Shown: positions 53,484 through 62,865, counted from the stretch's first letter. The stretch is 64,000 nucleotides of DNA from Pyrinomonadales bacterium (GCA_038200505.1 JBBPXX010000005.1:11201-75200); one strand, 5' to 3'. Numbers and translations: made by a program. Notes: generated from the letters alone by a model not told the origin.

Positions 53484-54465
53484 AAATAATCTGTGCGGCT
53501 TCAAGATTGCGTGATTCCGCCGTTGCCAATAAATCGGCATAAACAAGCAGCGGCGGTGCAATTATATCGCTTTGATCGAAATTCCAAAATTTTTGGCGGA
53601 TTTTTATATTTCCTTTATCAGCTTTTCGCAATTTATGCTCTCTGGCTAAACGCTGCACAGGTAAAGAAAGGCTTTTTGCGTAAATTAGTGTTTTTGTCGG
53701 ATTCAGGTAACCTGTCATCTTATCAGCGGCAATCTCGCCACTCCAACAGGCTTTTATTTCAGTCAGATCAGTTTCCTTCCACCAATCAATATTCTCCGAT
53801 TCATACTGCCTTTCTAAAAGTTTATTGCGTAAAGTTTCGGCAAAACCCTGCACCCAACGCTTTAATAATTCATCTTTACGGAAAAGAATTCTGCTGTCTT
53901 TTTTTCTAACTAAATAATCATCTATTTTCAAGGCATTCATTATATCGCTGACCGAACCTAAAGAAATGCCGGACATTTCGGCTAATTCCCGATATGTTTT
54001 GTTTTCAGAATCAGGAAGTGATAATAAAACGAAAAGCAGTTGCAAACCGCTCGGCTGGAAAATCAGGTTGGTGTTCGGCTTTTTAATTTCGGTGTTTCTG
54101 CCGTGTGAATTTACAAAGATATAAAACTCGGAATCGTTAAAATAGGCGTTTCCATTGGCATCAAAAAATGCTATGTCGAGTTCCCGAAGTTTATCCGCAA
54201 ATTTCGGCGGGACATATTCGGTTATAAATACGATTTTGTTCGACGTTTGCCTTTGCTTCAAAGCCAACTGCCCGATGACGGACGAATGAGGTTTTTTGTA
54301 AATTTCTACATCATATTTTTTAGTTATTTCTTTATTATCGAATAGAAATTTAATTTGAATTTGAGAAGGCGCGTTGTTAAATTCCTTTATATAACTCATT
54401 TGCACATTAAAAGAATCTTTTAATGCTTCTGATGCTTTGGTAATAATTTCCTCTTCTAAACTCAT
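53452..54465 (-). CDS. AbiEi-like antitoxin/transcriptional regulator with an extra N-terminal domain
   Basis: Central wHTH (YRELAEMSGISLGSVSDIMNAL) and a C-terminal WVQGF...WSGEIAA...IYA region. Start taken at MSLEEE (54465). Confidence 0.5.
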   Translation of the reverse strand: MSLEEEIITKASEALKDSFNVQMSYIKEFNNAPSQIQIKFLFDNKEITKKYDVEIYKKPHSSVIGQLALKQRQTSNKIVFITEYVPPKFADKLRELDIAFFDANGNAYFNDSEFYIFVNSHGRNTEIKKPNTNLIFQPSGLQLLFVLLSLPDSENKTYRELAEMSGISLGSVSDIMNALKIDDYLVRKKDSRILFRKDELLKRWVQGFAETLRNKLLERQYESENIDWWKETDLTEIKACWSGEIAADKMTGYLNPTKTLIYAKSLSLPVQRLAREHKLRKADKGNIKIRQKFWNFDQSDIIAPPLLVYADLLATAESRNLEAAQIIYDKYLAGLIE

Positions 54466-54484
54466 ATTCGCTGATACTCTTTTC

Positions 54485-54538
54485 GTGTTCAGTTTTCTAT
54501 ACTGTTCATTATAACTGAACACAAGAAAAAACTGAACA
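54485..54538. promoter_or_regulatory. four copies of TGTTCA(G)/CTGAACA arranged as inverted and direct repeats, candidate AbiEi-type operator
   Basis: GTGTTCAGTT at 54485..54494, ACTGTTCA at 54501..54508, AACTGAACAC at 54513..54522, AACTGAACA at 54530..54538. All lie within 75 nt upstream of the ATG at 54465. Confidence 0.42.
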
Positions 54539-54569
54539 TAAAAATACAAATCGTGCAAAAAATGAACTC

Positions 54570-56651
54570 TTAGGACAAAACTTCACTAAATTCTTTTTCC
54601 AAAACCGTTTTCGCCGCGTGAAATCCGCACATTCCGTGAACGCCGCCGCCGGGCGGAGTTGATGCTGAGCAGATGTAAAGTCCTTTGGACGGAATAATAT
54701 ACGGATTGATTTTGGCAACCGGGCGCGTAAAGATTTGCGAGGCGATGCCCGCGCCGCCGTTGATGTCGCCGCCGACGTTGTTGGCGTTATAATTTTCCAA
54801 ATCGGCGGTGTTTTTGACGGATTTGGCGAGAATGATGTCGCGGAAACCGGGCGCGAAGCGTTCGATTTGGTTTTCGATTTGCGTCGTCATATCGGCGGTT
54901 GATCCGTTTGGAACGTGGCAATAAGCCCACGCCGTGTGTTTTCCTTCGGGTGCGCGTGTCGGGTCGAAAAGCGTGTGTTGGGCGAGTAGAACAAACGGTT
55001 TTTCGGAAATTTTCCCTTCGTTGTGCTGGCGTTCCGAACGGGCGATTTCTTCAAAAGTGCCGCCGAGATGAACCGTTCCGGCTTGCAGACATTCTTGCGC
55101 TTTCCACGGAATCGGCTCGCTCAATGCAAAATCCATTTTGAAAACACCTGAACCGTATTTGAAGGTTTCCAAACGCTTGCGGTAAGCGTCAGGCAAGTGA
55201 TGTCCGGCGATTCTGATGATTTGGCGCGGCGTGAGGTCGAATAAAACTGTTTTGGAACTCGGCAAATCATCAATGTTTTCGATGCGATTTCCCGTTTCGA
55301 GCTTTCCGCCGAGCGAAATAAAATAATCACGAAGCGCGAAAGCGATATATTGTGCGCCGCCTTTCGGGAAACCCCAACCGACTGAATGAGCGGTTAAAAG
55401 CAAAACTAACCCGAACGCCGCGCTCGGCGTGTCTTCGAGCGGCAGCATCGAATGCGCCGCGTTGCCGGCGAACATCGCGCGGGCGCGAGTTTCGCTGAAA
55501 TAATTGTCTGCGATATTTTTTGCCGAATTAAAACCCTTTAAACCGAAACCGAGCATCAAAAACGGATTTGACGGAATCCGCAAAGGCGCGAGAATGTCGG
55601 GCGCGATCGCGTCAAAATTTTTCGCTAAAATTTCAACGAGTTTTTTATAACCGTCATTATCCGCGCCGAGATTTCGGGCGGTTTCCGCGACGGATTTCTC
55701 CAAAATAACAGCCGTTCCGTCGTCGAGCGGATGCGCGAGCGAAGCGTCGGGCTGAATGAATTCCAAACCGAATTTGTCAAGCGGCAGCGTTTGAAAAAAC
55801 GGTGAAGCGATAGTCAAAGGATGAATCGCCGAACAGACATCGTGCGTAAAACCGGGCAAAGTCAATTCTGCCGAACGCATTCCGCCGCCGATTTCGTTTG
55901 CGGCTTCGACAATCAAAACCGAAAGTCCTTCCTGCGCCAGACAAATTGCCGCCGCCAAACCGTTTGGACCAGAACCGACAATAACCGCGTCGTATTGATA
56001 ATTTTCGACTTTTGTTTTTTTCTCTAAAGTTGTTTTATCTGTGTGTTGTCCGGCAGCATCTTCGAGAAAATGATGGCAAAATTTTTCCCATTCGCTTTTC
56101 TGCATTCCCAAATAAGTAGCGACATTGACGGCGACATTGCGAATCGCGTCCAGTGTGTTTTCCGTTTCAGAAGTATTTTGTTTTTCATTTAAGCCGATGA
56201 CATAAAACGCAACCTTTTTATCTTTTTTAAGCAAACAAAAATTATTATTTGATTCGTCAGTAAAAAAATGTGAAATCACCGAATTATCAACATTTCCCGC
56301 CGTCGGATCAAAAGTCGGTTTAACAGTAACAATAAATTCATCCGGCGCGTCGTAAATATCAATTATGCGAATCCAATCGTATTTGTGCGACGCTGTAAGC
56401 GAAATTCTGATGAACGCACCAACGTAAAGTCTTTTCTCGTCAATTTCGCGTCCCGTTTCGTCAAACAGCGCGTAAGACGACATCAACGAGTGCGCGTTCC
56501 ATTCATTGATGTTCTGGAGTTTTGTTTTAAGCGTTGAAAAAACTTGCGCCGCTTTTGCTTCATCTGCAAAGATTTTGTCGGCTGAACTGATCGAACTTTC
56601 GTTCTCGTTTTGTTTCGCTTGGTTTAGCAAATCTTTGGTTTTATTAATCAT
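54570..56651 (-). CDS. phytoene-desaturase-family FAD-dependent oxidoreductase with an unknown ~200-aa N-terminal domain
   Basis: Rossmann motif VIVGSGPNGLAAA at about residue 215. The C-terminal part is CrtI-like. Confidence 0.78.
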   Translation of the reverse strand: MINKTKDLLNQAKQNENESSISSADKIFADEAKAAQVFSTLKTKLQNINEWNAHSLMSSYALFDETGREIDEKRLYVGAFIRISLTASHKYDWIRIIDIYDAPDEFIVTVKPTFDPTAGNVDNSVISHFFTDESNNNFCLLKKDKKVAFYVIGLNEKQNTSETENTLDAIRNVAVNVATYLGMQKSEWEKFCHHFLEDAAGQHTDKTTLEKKTKVENYQYDAVIVGSGPNGLAAAICLAQEGLSVLIVEAANEIGGGMRSAELTLPGFTHDVCSAIHPLTIASPFFQTLPLDKFGLEFIQPDASLAHPLDDGTAVILEKSVAETARNLGADNDGYKKLVEILAKNFDAIAPDILAPLRIPSNPFLMLGFGLKGFNSAKNIADNYFSETRARAMFAGNAAHSMLPLEDTPSAAFGLVLLLTAHSVGWGFPKGGAQYIAFALRDYFISLGGKLETGNRIENIDDLPSSKTVLFDLTPRQIIRIAGHHLPDAYRKRLETFKYGSGVFKMDFALSEPIPWKAQECLQAGTVHLGGTFEEIARSERQHNEGKISEKPFVLLAQHTLFDPTRAPEGKHTAWAYCHVPNGSTADMTTQIENQIERFAPGFRDIILAKSVKNTADLENYNANNVGGDINGGAGIASQIFTRPVAKINPYIIPSKGLYICSASTPPGGGVHGMCGFHAAKTVLEKEFSEVLS

Positions 56652-56670
56652 TCAAACTCCTTATTTAAGA

Positions 56671-56772
56671 TTTTGTCCGCGAATTACGCGAATAAAAACA
56701 AGAAATAATACAAATCTGTTGATAATTTATAAAAAATTATTCGCGCATGTTTGCGTAATTCGCGGGCAAAAG
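56671..56772. repeat. hairpin element with TTTTGTCCGCGAATTACGCG ... GCGTAATTCGCGGGCAAAAG termini
   Basis: Inverted repeat filling the spacer between the VKOR-like stop and the oxidoreductase start. Confidence 0.65.
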
Positions 56773-56784
56773 TTTTTCCATAAA

Positions 56785-57300
56785 TTATTTCCCAGTCAAA
56801 TTTCCCCACGCTTTTTTCGCCTCCGAAAGTGACAGCGCGGCGATGCCGATATTGGCAATCGCGCCGACTATACAGTAACCGCACCATTTTCCCTGTTTGG
56901 CGGGCATTTGATAAAAATACCATCCGGCGGCAACGGCTTCGACGGTTGATTTCGCAGCGGCGGCAATCGGCACAAATGGCATTGTTTCCGCGCGATCACT
57001 GCCTCCGAACGCGGCAATCGGAATATTTGCCGCCAAACTTGCCAGCGACAACGCGCCGTCCGGCACGCCGAGCGCGTAAGCCGTATCCGACGAATTTACT
57101 TTATCCGAATCAAAATCCGGCAAAGGCGGATCGGGAAGATGTTTGACAATTCCCGTCTGCAAAAGCGTAACGGCGGTCATCGCGCCCATTCCGAGCAGCG
57201 AAAGTGCGATTATTCCGCGACGTTTTTTTAAACCTTCGCTCGTTCCGGTCTGTAATTCTTTTCTTAATTGTTGTGTATCTTTTTTTATTAGTGATTCCAT
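56785..57300 (-). CDS. VKOR-family-like membrane protein
   Basis: Multi-TM protein with CGYC in the last helix and a loop resembling the VKOR loop but lacking the loop cysteines. Start taken at MESLIK. Confidence 0.42.
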   Translation of the reverse strand: MESLIKKDTQQLRKELQTGTSEGLKKRRGIIALSLLGMGAMTAVTLLQTGIVKHLPDPPLPDFDSDKVNSSDTAYALGVPDGALSLASLAANIPIAAFGGSDRAETMPFVPIAAAAKSTVEAVAAGWYFYQMPAKQGKWCGYCIVGAIANIGIAALSLSEAKKAWGNLTGK

Positions 57301-57316
57301 TTGCTCCCCTTTTTTA

Positions 57317-57396
57317 TCTGCCCACGAAACACACGAAATAAACGAAAAAATTAAGCCTGCTTTTTGTGTATTTTTCGTGTGTTTTGCGGGCAAAAA
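57317..57396. repeat. hairpin element with TCTGCCCACGAAACACACGAAA ... TTTCGTGTGTTTTGCGGGCAAAAA termini
   Basis: Imperfect stem of ~32 bp filling the spacer between the SDR stop and the VKOR-like start. Confidence 0.65.
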
Positions 57397-58422
57397 TTAG
57401 TTTTCCCTTTTCAAAACTTTCCAAGCCAAAAATCCGCCGACAATGCCGACTGCGCCTAATAAAAGAGAATTTTTCAAACGCGGCGAAGTTACGAGCGTCG
57501 TGTATGGATCGCTCATAAATTGCTCGTCGGAAAAATTTCCTTCAACCGTATCGTAACCGGAAATCGGCTCAAACAAATTATCTTCAAATTGTGCGGGCGA
57601 ATCTTTTTCGCCGCCTTTTTGTCCGACGAAGCCGATGGTTTCCGAAAAGAAATCGGCAGCTTTCGGCGAAAATCTTTGGGCATAAACCACGCTCAAGCCC
57701 GCGCCGCCGGCAATTAAATCGCGCACCGGATTTTCCGCCGCGTAGAGAATCGCGTCCGTAACAATTTGCGGATGATAAATCGGCGGCATGGGACGCATTT
57801 TGAACGGCATTTTGTTGCGACCTTTTTCGTAAATTGGTGTGTTTATCGCGGCAGGCAAGATTTCCGTGACGGAAACGGGAATGTTTTCGTGCGCAAGTTC
57901 GACACGCAAAACCTGCAAAAACCCGTGAACGCCGTGTTTCGACGCGCCGTAAGCAGATTGAAAGGGCGCGGTGCGAATCGCTTCGACACTCGTAACGTGG
58001 ATTAACGCGCCGCCGTTTTTTTTCAGATGCGGCAGTGCGGCTTTTGCGCCGTAAATTTGTCCCAAAAGATTGACTTCGATCAGACGCTTATATTCTTCCG
58101 CGTCGGTTTTCTCAACCGTTCCGAAAATAAACGCCGCCGCCGCGTGAATCCAAGTGTCAATTCGTCCGTAGCGTTCGACGCATTTGTCGGCAACATTTTT
58201 AACCGCTTCAAAATCGGCGGCATCGGCTTCGACATAAAAAGCGTTGCCGCCGTCATTTTCGATTTCTTCAACTAAACTCTGTAATCCTTCGACGCTTCGC
58301 GCCGCCACGCAAACTTTCGCGCCGCGCTTTGCCATTTCAAGTGCCGTCAATCTTCCGATGCCGCTGGATGCGCCGAAAATTACGGCGACCTGCACGGAAA
58401 TCGGCTTCAATTTTATGTTCAT
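57397..58422 (-). CDS. SDR-family oxidoreductase with a C-terminal membrane anchor
   Basis: GASSGIG cofactor motif, YGASK catalytic motif, and a C-terminal hydrophobic helix. Confidence 0.85.
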   Translation of the reverse strand: MNIKLKPISVQVAVIFGASSGIGRLTALEMAKRGAKVCVAARSVEGLQSLVEEIENDGGNAFYVEADAADFEAVKNVADKCVERYGRIDTWIHAAAAFIFGTVEKTDAEEYKRLIEVNLLGQIYGAKAALPHLKKNGGALIHVTSVEAIRTAPFQSAYGASKHGVHGFLQVLRVELAHENIPVSVTEILPAAINTPIYEKGRNKMPFKMRPMPPIYHPQIVTDAILYAAENPVRDLIAGGAGLSVVYAQRFSPKAADFFSETIGFVGQKGGEKDSPAQFEDNLFEPISGYDTVEGNFSDEQFMSDPYTTLVTSPRLKNSLLLGAVGIVGGFLAWKVLKREN

Positions 58423-58552
58423 TTTTAATCCCTTGTTCGTTAATTTACTTAAAATTTATAAAATCTTTTTTATAGTCTAGCTTTTTTCTTTTCCGTGAAG
58501 CAAGAAGCTATTGAAATTTCAGCGTGATTTAATTGGTTATTGTTTTGTTAAA

Positions 58553-58656
58553 TCAGAACCGTCTGTGGTAGCGGACGGTTGAAGATAATCTTTGAAATGT
58601 AAGAAAAATCTATCGAAACACGAAGTTAAACCGTCCGCTACCGAAAACGGTTCTGA
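58553..58656. repeat. 28-nt inverted repeat whose arms are each self-complementary
   Basis: TCAGAACCGTCTGTGGTAGCGGACGGTT faces AACCGTCCGCTACCGAAAACGGTTCTGA. AACCGTC/GACGGTT can also pair within one arm. Confidence 0.7.
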
Positions 58657-58658
58657 CT

Positions 58659-58686
58659 AAAAAAAGCGCAGATCATTCATCTGCGC
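58659..58686 (-). terminator. intrinsic terminator after the zinc-ribbon protein gene
   Basis: Stem GCGCAGAT/ATCTGCGC with a 5-nt loop. On the minus strand it is followed by T7. Confidence 0.75.
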
Positions 58687-58718
58687 TTTTCGCTTGATTT
58701 GTAAATTGTAAAACCAAA

Positions 58719-59585
58719 TTACTGCGAAATTTCCGTCATCCGCACCGGATCGAGGACGAGTTTGTTGTCGCCCGGCTGAATCGAAACGGGTGAACTCCAA
58801 ATGGCGTAGCCGTTGCGCGTTTTCGTGATGCCGAACAGATAATAAGCGTCGGGTTTGACACCTTTCATCTGCGCTTTGCCGGTCGCGTCGGTCAAAACGT
58901 CGTATTTAACGTGTTTATTGATTGCGTCCAAAGCCTTTTTATTAGTTTCTTTATACTTGTCTGGATAAACAACCGACAAGCCGAAAGCCGTATTTAAACC
59001 TTGTCCGGTTTCGTCGTTGATATTTGCCTCACTCAAAATAGTCTGCAAATCTTTATCGAGCAGATAAAATTTTTCTTTTTGAACAGGCTGAATATCTCCC
59101 GATTTGGTGGCAATTTTTGCTTCGATGTTGACCGTTCCTTTGTCCGGCGCAACTGTTTCGGGCGGAACTGACGTAATGCTCGTGTCCGACGAAGGCGGCG
59201 CGGCGGGCGGCAGCATCACCTGATTCGGTTCGGATGACGGCGGAACGATGACCTGATTCGGCTGTGTATCGCTTCGAACAGTCGTTTCGCGCGTTGTTTC
59301 GACGGGCGATGTTCTCGACGCGAGATTTACATTGACATTAGTTCCCTGATCATTGCTCTTAAACATATAAAAAAGCAAAAGCACAAGACCCAAACCCAAA
59401 ACACCGAGCGGAATAAAAGCCCACGGCGGAAAGCCTTCGCGGTCGCGCGGAATTTCGCTGACGACGACGTTTCTCTGAACCGGCGGATGAACGACCGGCG
59501 GCAAAAATTGATGACCGCAATTGGGACAAGCGGCAGCGGAAGTCGAAACCTCGTGCGCGCATTCCGGGCAAATTATTAAAGACAT
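58719..59585 (-). CDS. zinc-ribbon membrane protein, 288 aa
   Basis: N-terminal CPEC...CPNC ribbon, one TM helix, a Pro/Ser-rich linker and an extracytoplasmic domain. Confidence 0.6.
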   Translation of the reverse strand: MSLIICPECAHEVSTSAAACPNCGHQFLPPVVHPPVQRNVVVSEIPRDREGFPPWAFIPLGVLGLGLVLLLFYMFKSNDQGTNVNVNLASRTSPVETTRETTVRSDTQPNQVIVPPSSEPNQVMLPPAAPPSSDTSITSVPPETVAPDKGTVNIEAKIATKSGDIQPVQKEKFYLLDKDLQTILSEANINDETGQGLNTAFGLSVVYPDKYKETNKKALDAINKHVKYDVLTDATGKAQMKGVKPDAYYLFGITKTRNGYAIWSSPVSIQPGDNKLVLDPVRMTEISQ

Positions 59586-59765
59586 TATTAAAAAAAATCC
59601 TCCGTTATTCTAAAGTCATTCCAAGATTAACATTTTCCGCCGAAAAGTGATACAAGATTTTTGTCGTGGTAAATGATTGAATAATGAAACTTTGCCTGTA
59701 AATCATAAAGTGGTAGTTTAAAGTGATTTTGCTTTAAATATTTTAATTATGAAGGGAGAAAAATT

Positions 59766-61187
59766 ATGAGTGCTGAAGAGCAGGGGAAAAAATTTTTGGC
59801 GAGCGTGGCGCATTATTTTGATAAAGCCGCCGCTTTGACCGGACATCACGAAAGTTTGCTGAAACAAATAAAAATGTGCAACAGCATTTATTCGTTTAAG
59901 TTTCCAATCAGAAAAGGCAGCGGCTACGAAACGATGACGGCGTGGCGTGCCGAACACAGCCATCATAAACTGCCGGTCAAAGGCGGAATTCGCTATTCGG
60001 AAGAAGCCAGCGAAGATGAAGTCGTCGCGCTGGCTTCGTTAATGACTTACAAATGCGCGATTGTTGATGTGCCGTTCGGCGGCGCGAAAGGCGCGGTAAA
60101 AATCAATCCGAAAAATTATTCACGCGACGAACTCGAACAAGTTACGCGGCGTTACACGGCGGAATTGATAAAGAAAAACTTTATCGGTCCGGCGGTTGAC
60201 GTTCCCGCGCCCGATTACGGCACGGGAGCGCGTGAAATGGCGTGGATTGCCGATACATATTTGGCGTTTCATCCCGAACAAATTGACGCTTTGGGGTGTG
60301 TAACCGGCAAATCCGTTTCGCAGGGCGGAATTCGCGGGCGTAACGAAGCTACCGGCTTGGGCGTTTATTACGGCTTGCGCGAAGCCTGCGACAATGCCGA
60401 AGATATGAAAAAACTCGGCTTGGAACAAGGAATTAAAAACAAATCCGTCGTCGTGCAGGGTTTGGGAAATGTCGGTTATCACGCGGCAAAATTTTGTTCG
60501 GAAGGCGGCGCGAGAATCGTCGGCTTTTCCGAATACGAAGGCGCGATTTACAACGCCGACGGCATTGATTTGGAAGATTTAATGCGCCATCGCAAACAGA
60601 CGGGTTCGATTTTAGACTTTCCAAACGCAAAAAATTTAGAACGGCGCGAGGACGCGCTCGAACTCGAATGCGATATTTTGATTCCAGCCGCGCTTGAAAA
60701 CGTCATCACCAGTGACAACGCGCCGCGCGTCAAAGCCAAAATTATCGGCGAAGGCGCAAACGGTCCGATCACCGCCGCCGCCGAGGAAATTCTGCAGGAA
60801 AAAGGAATTTTAGTTGTTCCCGATCTTTATCTAAACGCAGGCGGCGTAACGGTTTCGTATTTTGAATGGCTCAAAAACTTGTCGCACGTTCGTTTCGGCA
60901 GAATCGAAAAACGCTTTGAGCAAAACGCTTTTGACCGGATTTTACAGCTCGTCGAAAAAGAAACGGGCAGAACTTTGTCAAAAGAAGAGCGAAATATGGT
61001 CGCGCACGGCGCGGACGAAGCCGAACTCGTCTATTCCGGTTTGGAAGAAACGATGGTCGTCGCTTATCAAGAAATTCGTGAAATATTAAATCAGAAAAAA
61101 GAAGCCGGAACTTTGCGAACCGCCGCTTTTATCAACGCGATAAACAAAATTGCGGTATGTTACGGCGAACTCGGAATCTTCCCATAA
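59766..61187 (+). CDS. Glu/Leu/Phe/Val-family dehydrogenase (probably glutamate dehydrogenase)
   Basis: VKGGIRYS and PFGGAKG catalytic region, with a GLGNVG NAD(P) motif. Confidence 0.88.
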   Translation: MSAEEQGKKFLASVAHYFDKAAALTGHHESLLKQIKMCNSIYSFKFPIRKGSGYETMTAWRAEHSHHKLPVKGGIRYSEEASEDEVVALASLMTYKCAIVDVPFGGAKGAVKINPKNYSRDELEQVTRRYTAELIKKNFIGPAVDVPAPDYGTGAREMAWIADTYLAFHPEQIDALGCVTGKSVSQGGIRGRNEATGLGVYYGLREACDNAEDMKKLGLEQGIKNKSVVVQGLGNVGYHAAKFCSEGGARIVGFSEYEGAIYNADGIDLEDLMRHRKQTGSILDFPNAKNLERREDALELECDILIPAALENVITSDNAPRVKAKIIGEGANGPITAAAEEILQEKGILVVPDLYLNAGGVTVSYFEWLKNLSHVRFGRIEKRFEQNAFDRILQLVEKETGRTLSKEERNMVAHGADEAELVYSGLEETMVVAYQEIREILNQKKEAGTLRTAAFINAINKIAVCYGELGIFP

Positions 61188-61191
61188 ATTC

Positions 61192-61305
61192 TTTCAGGTT
61201 CAAGGTTCAAAGTTCAAGGTTCAAAGTTAAAATCAGAAACTTTGAACCTTGAACCTGAAACCTTGAACCTTGAACCTGAAACCTTGAACCTGAAACCTTG
61301 AACCC
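61192..61305. repeat. large word-repeat hairpin (TTCAAGG/TTCAAAG versus CCTTGAA/CTGAAA words) between convergent genes
   Basis: The 37-nt left arm TTTCAGGTTCAAGGTTCAAAGTTCAAGGTTCAAAGTT faces a ~67-nt right arm of CCTTGAACCTGAAA units. Several pairing registers are possible. Confidence 0.8.
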
Positions 61306-61308
61306 CGA

Positions 61309-62046
61309 CTATTCCATTTCGCTTTCGTCAATATCGAAATTCGCGTAAAGGTTTTGCACGTCGTCGTTTTCTTCGATGGCTTCATACAGTTTGAGCATTT
61401 TTTTCGCTTCGTCGCCTTCGAGTTTGATAAAGTTTTGCGGAATCATCGAAAGTTCCGAAACTTGCGGCTCGATTCCGGCTTTTTTAATCGCTTCGTCAAC
61501 CGCATCGTAAGTTTCCGGCGACGTATGAATTTCAAAAACGTCGCCTTCGTCCTGCAAATCTTCCGCGCCGGCTTCGAGGACGATTTCAAAAAGTTCTTCT
61601 TCGCTTTTCGCTTCTTTGTCAACGATTATCAAGCCTTTTTTATCAAATAACCATGCGACCGAACCGGCTTCACCCAAATTTCCGCCGTTTTTGGAAAACA
61701 GATGCCGCAGTTCGGCAACCGTTCGATTGCGGTTGTCGGTCATCGTTTCGACAAGCATCGCCACGCCGCCGATGCCGTAACCTTCGTATGTAATTTCCTC
61801 GTAATTTACGCCTTCGAGTTCGCCCGTGCCGCGTTTGACGGCGCGATCAATCGTGTCGTTCGGCATATTCTGCCCTTTTGCGTCCGAAACCGCTTTGCGA
61901 AGCCGCGCGTTCGCCGCTTCATCGCCGCCGCCGGTTCGCGCCGCCACCGTGATTTCTTTGATTAATTTTGTAAAAACCTTGCCGCGTTTGGCATCTAACG
62001 CGCCTTTTTTATGTTTAATAGTGTGCCATTTGGAATGTCCTGACAT
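61309..62046 (-). CDS. YebC/PmpR-family transcriptional regulator
   Basis: N-terminal [14 protein letters not shown]. Length is 245 aa. Confidence 0.92.
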   Translation of the reverse strand: MSGHSKWHTIKHKKGALDAKRGKVFTKLIKEITVAARTGGGDEAANARLRKAVSDAKGQNMPNDTIDRAVKRGTGELEGVNYEEITYEGYGIGGVAMLVETMTDNRNRTVAELRHLFSKNGGNLGEAGSVAWLFDKKGLIIVDKEAKSEEELFEIVLEAGAEDLQDEGDVFEIHTSPETYDAVDEAIKKAGIEPQVSELSMIPQNFIKLEGDEAKKMLKLYEAIEENDDVQNLYANFDIDESEME

Positions 62047-62155
62047 TTTATAATTTTCCTTTGTTTTGTTGATTTAAGTTGAAAGGTTTGAATATATCAC
62101 GCCGGATTTCGGCTTGCAAAATCGCTGCTAATTCTTGTCGTAAAAATTACCAAAT

Positions 62156-62722
62156 TCAATTATCAAGAAAGTTTTGCAAAAGTTTTTTGCCTTCGGGCGT
62201 TAAAATTGATTCGGGATGAAACTGTACGCCTTCGATTTTGTAAGTTTTATGCCGCAAACCCATTATCAAATTGTCGGGCGACACGGCAGAAATTTCCAGA
62301 CAATCGGGCAAAGTTTCGCGCTCGACGATCAACGAATGATAACGTCCGGCTTGAAAATTATTGTTCATTCCGGTAAAAATTGTTTTTCCGTCGTGAATAA
62401 TTTCAACGGGTTTGCCGTGAACGGGTTCGGGTGCGCGGACGACTTTGCCGCCGAATATCTGACCGATTGATTGATGTCCCAAACACACGCCCAAAATCGG
62501 GATTTTGTCGCCAAACTTTTCTAAAATTTCAAGTGAAATGCCCGCGTCATCGGGCGTTCCCGGTCCGGGCGAGATTAAAATCTTTTCCGGTTTGATGTCG
62601 TTTTCGATTTCGTCAATCGTAACTTCATCATTACGCCGCACAACCATTTCCGCGCCGAGTTCACCTAAATACTGCACGAGATTGTAGGTAAAAGAATCGT
62701 AATTATCTATAACGAGAAGCAT
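62156..62722 (-). CDS. anthranilate/aminodeoxychorismate synthase component II (glutamine amidotransferase)
   Basis: GVCLGHQ nucleophile-elbow motif and the FHPES motif. Confidence 0.9.
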   Translation of the reverse strand: MLLVIDNYDSFTYNLVQYLGELGAEMVVRRNDEVTIDEIENDIKPEKILISPGPGTPDDAGISLEILEKFGDKIPILGVCLGHQSIGQIFGGKVVRAPEPVHGKPVEIIHDGKTIFTGMNNNFQAGRYHSLIVERETLPDCLEISAVSPDNLIMGLRHKTYKIEGVQFHPESILTPEGKKLLQNFLDN

Positions 62723-62865
62723 ATTTTTATTGAAAAACTAAGGCTGAAAGGAACAATAATTCACTTTTAGGTTTTTTACTAATAAAAAGTTATAATAAAA
62801 AATTGTCCAAGTTTGTATGCAAAACTTGGATTTTAACTTTTAAATTATCGAATAGAAAGTCATTT

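Noticed and set aside
61192-61305. Whether the repeat-rich spacers are CRISPR arrays
   Set aside because: The units are 6-14 nt words with no unique spacers, the arms are mutually complementary, and no cas genes are present. They are hairpins, not CRISPR arrays.
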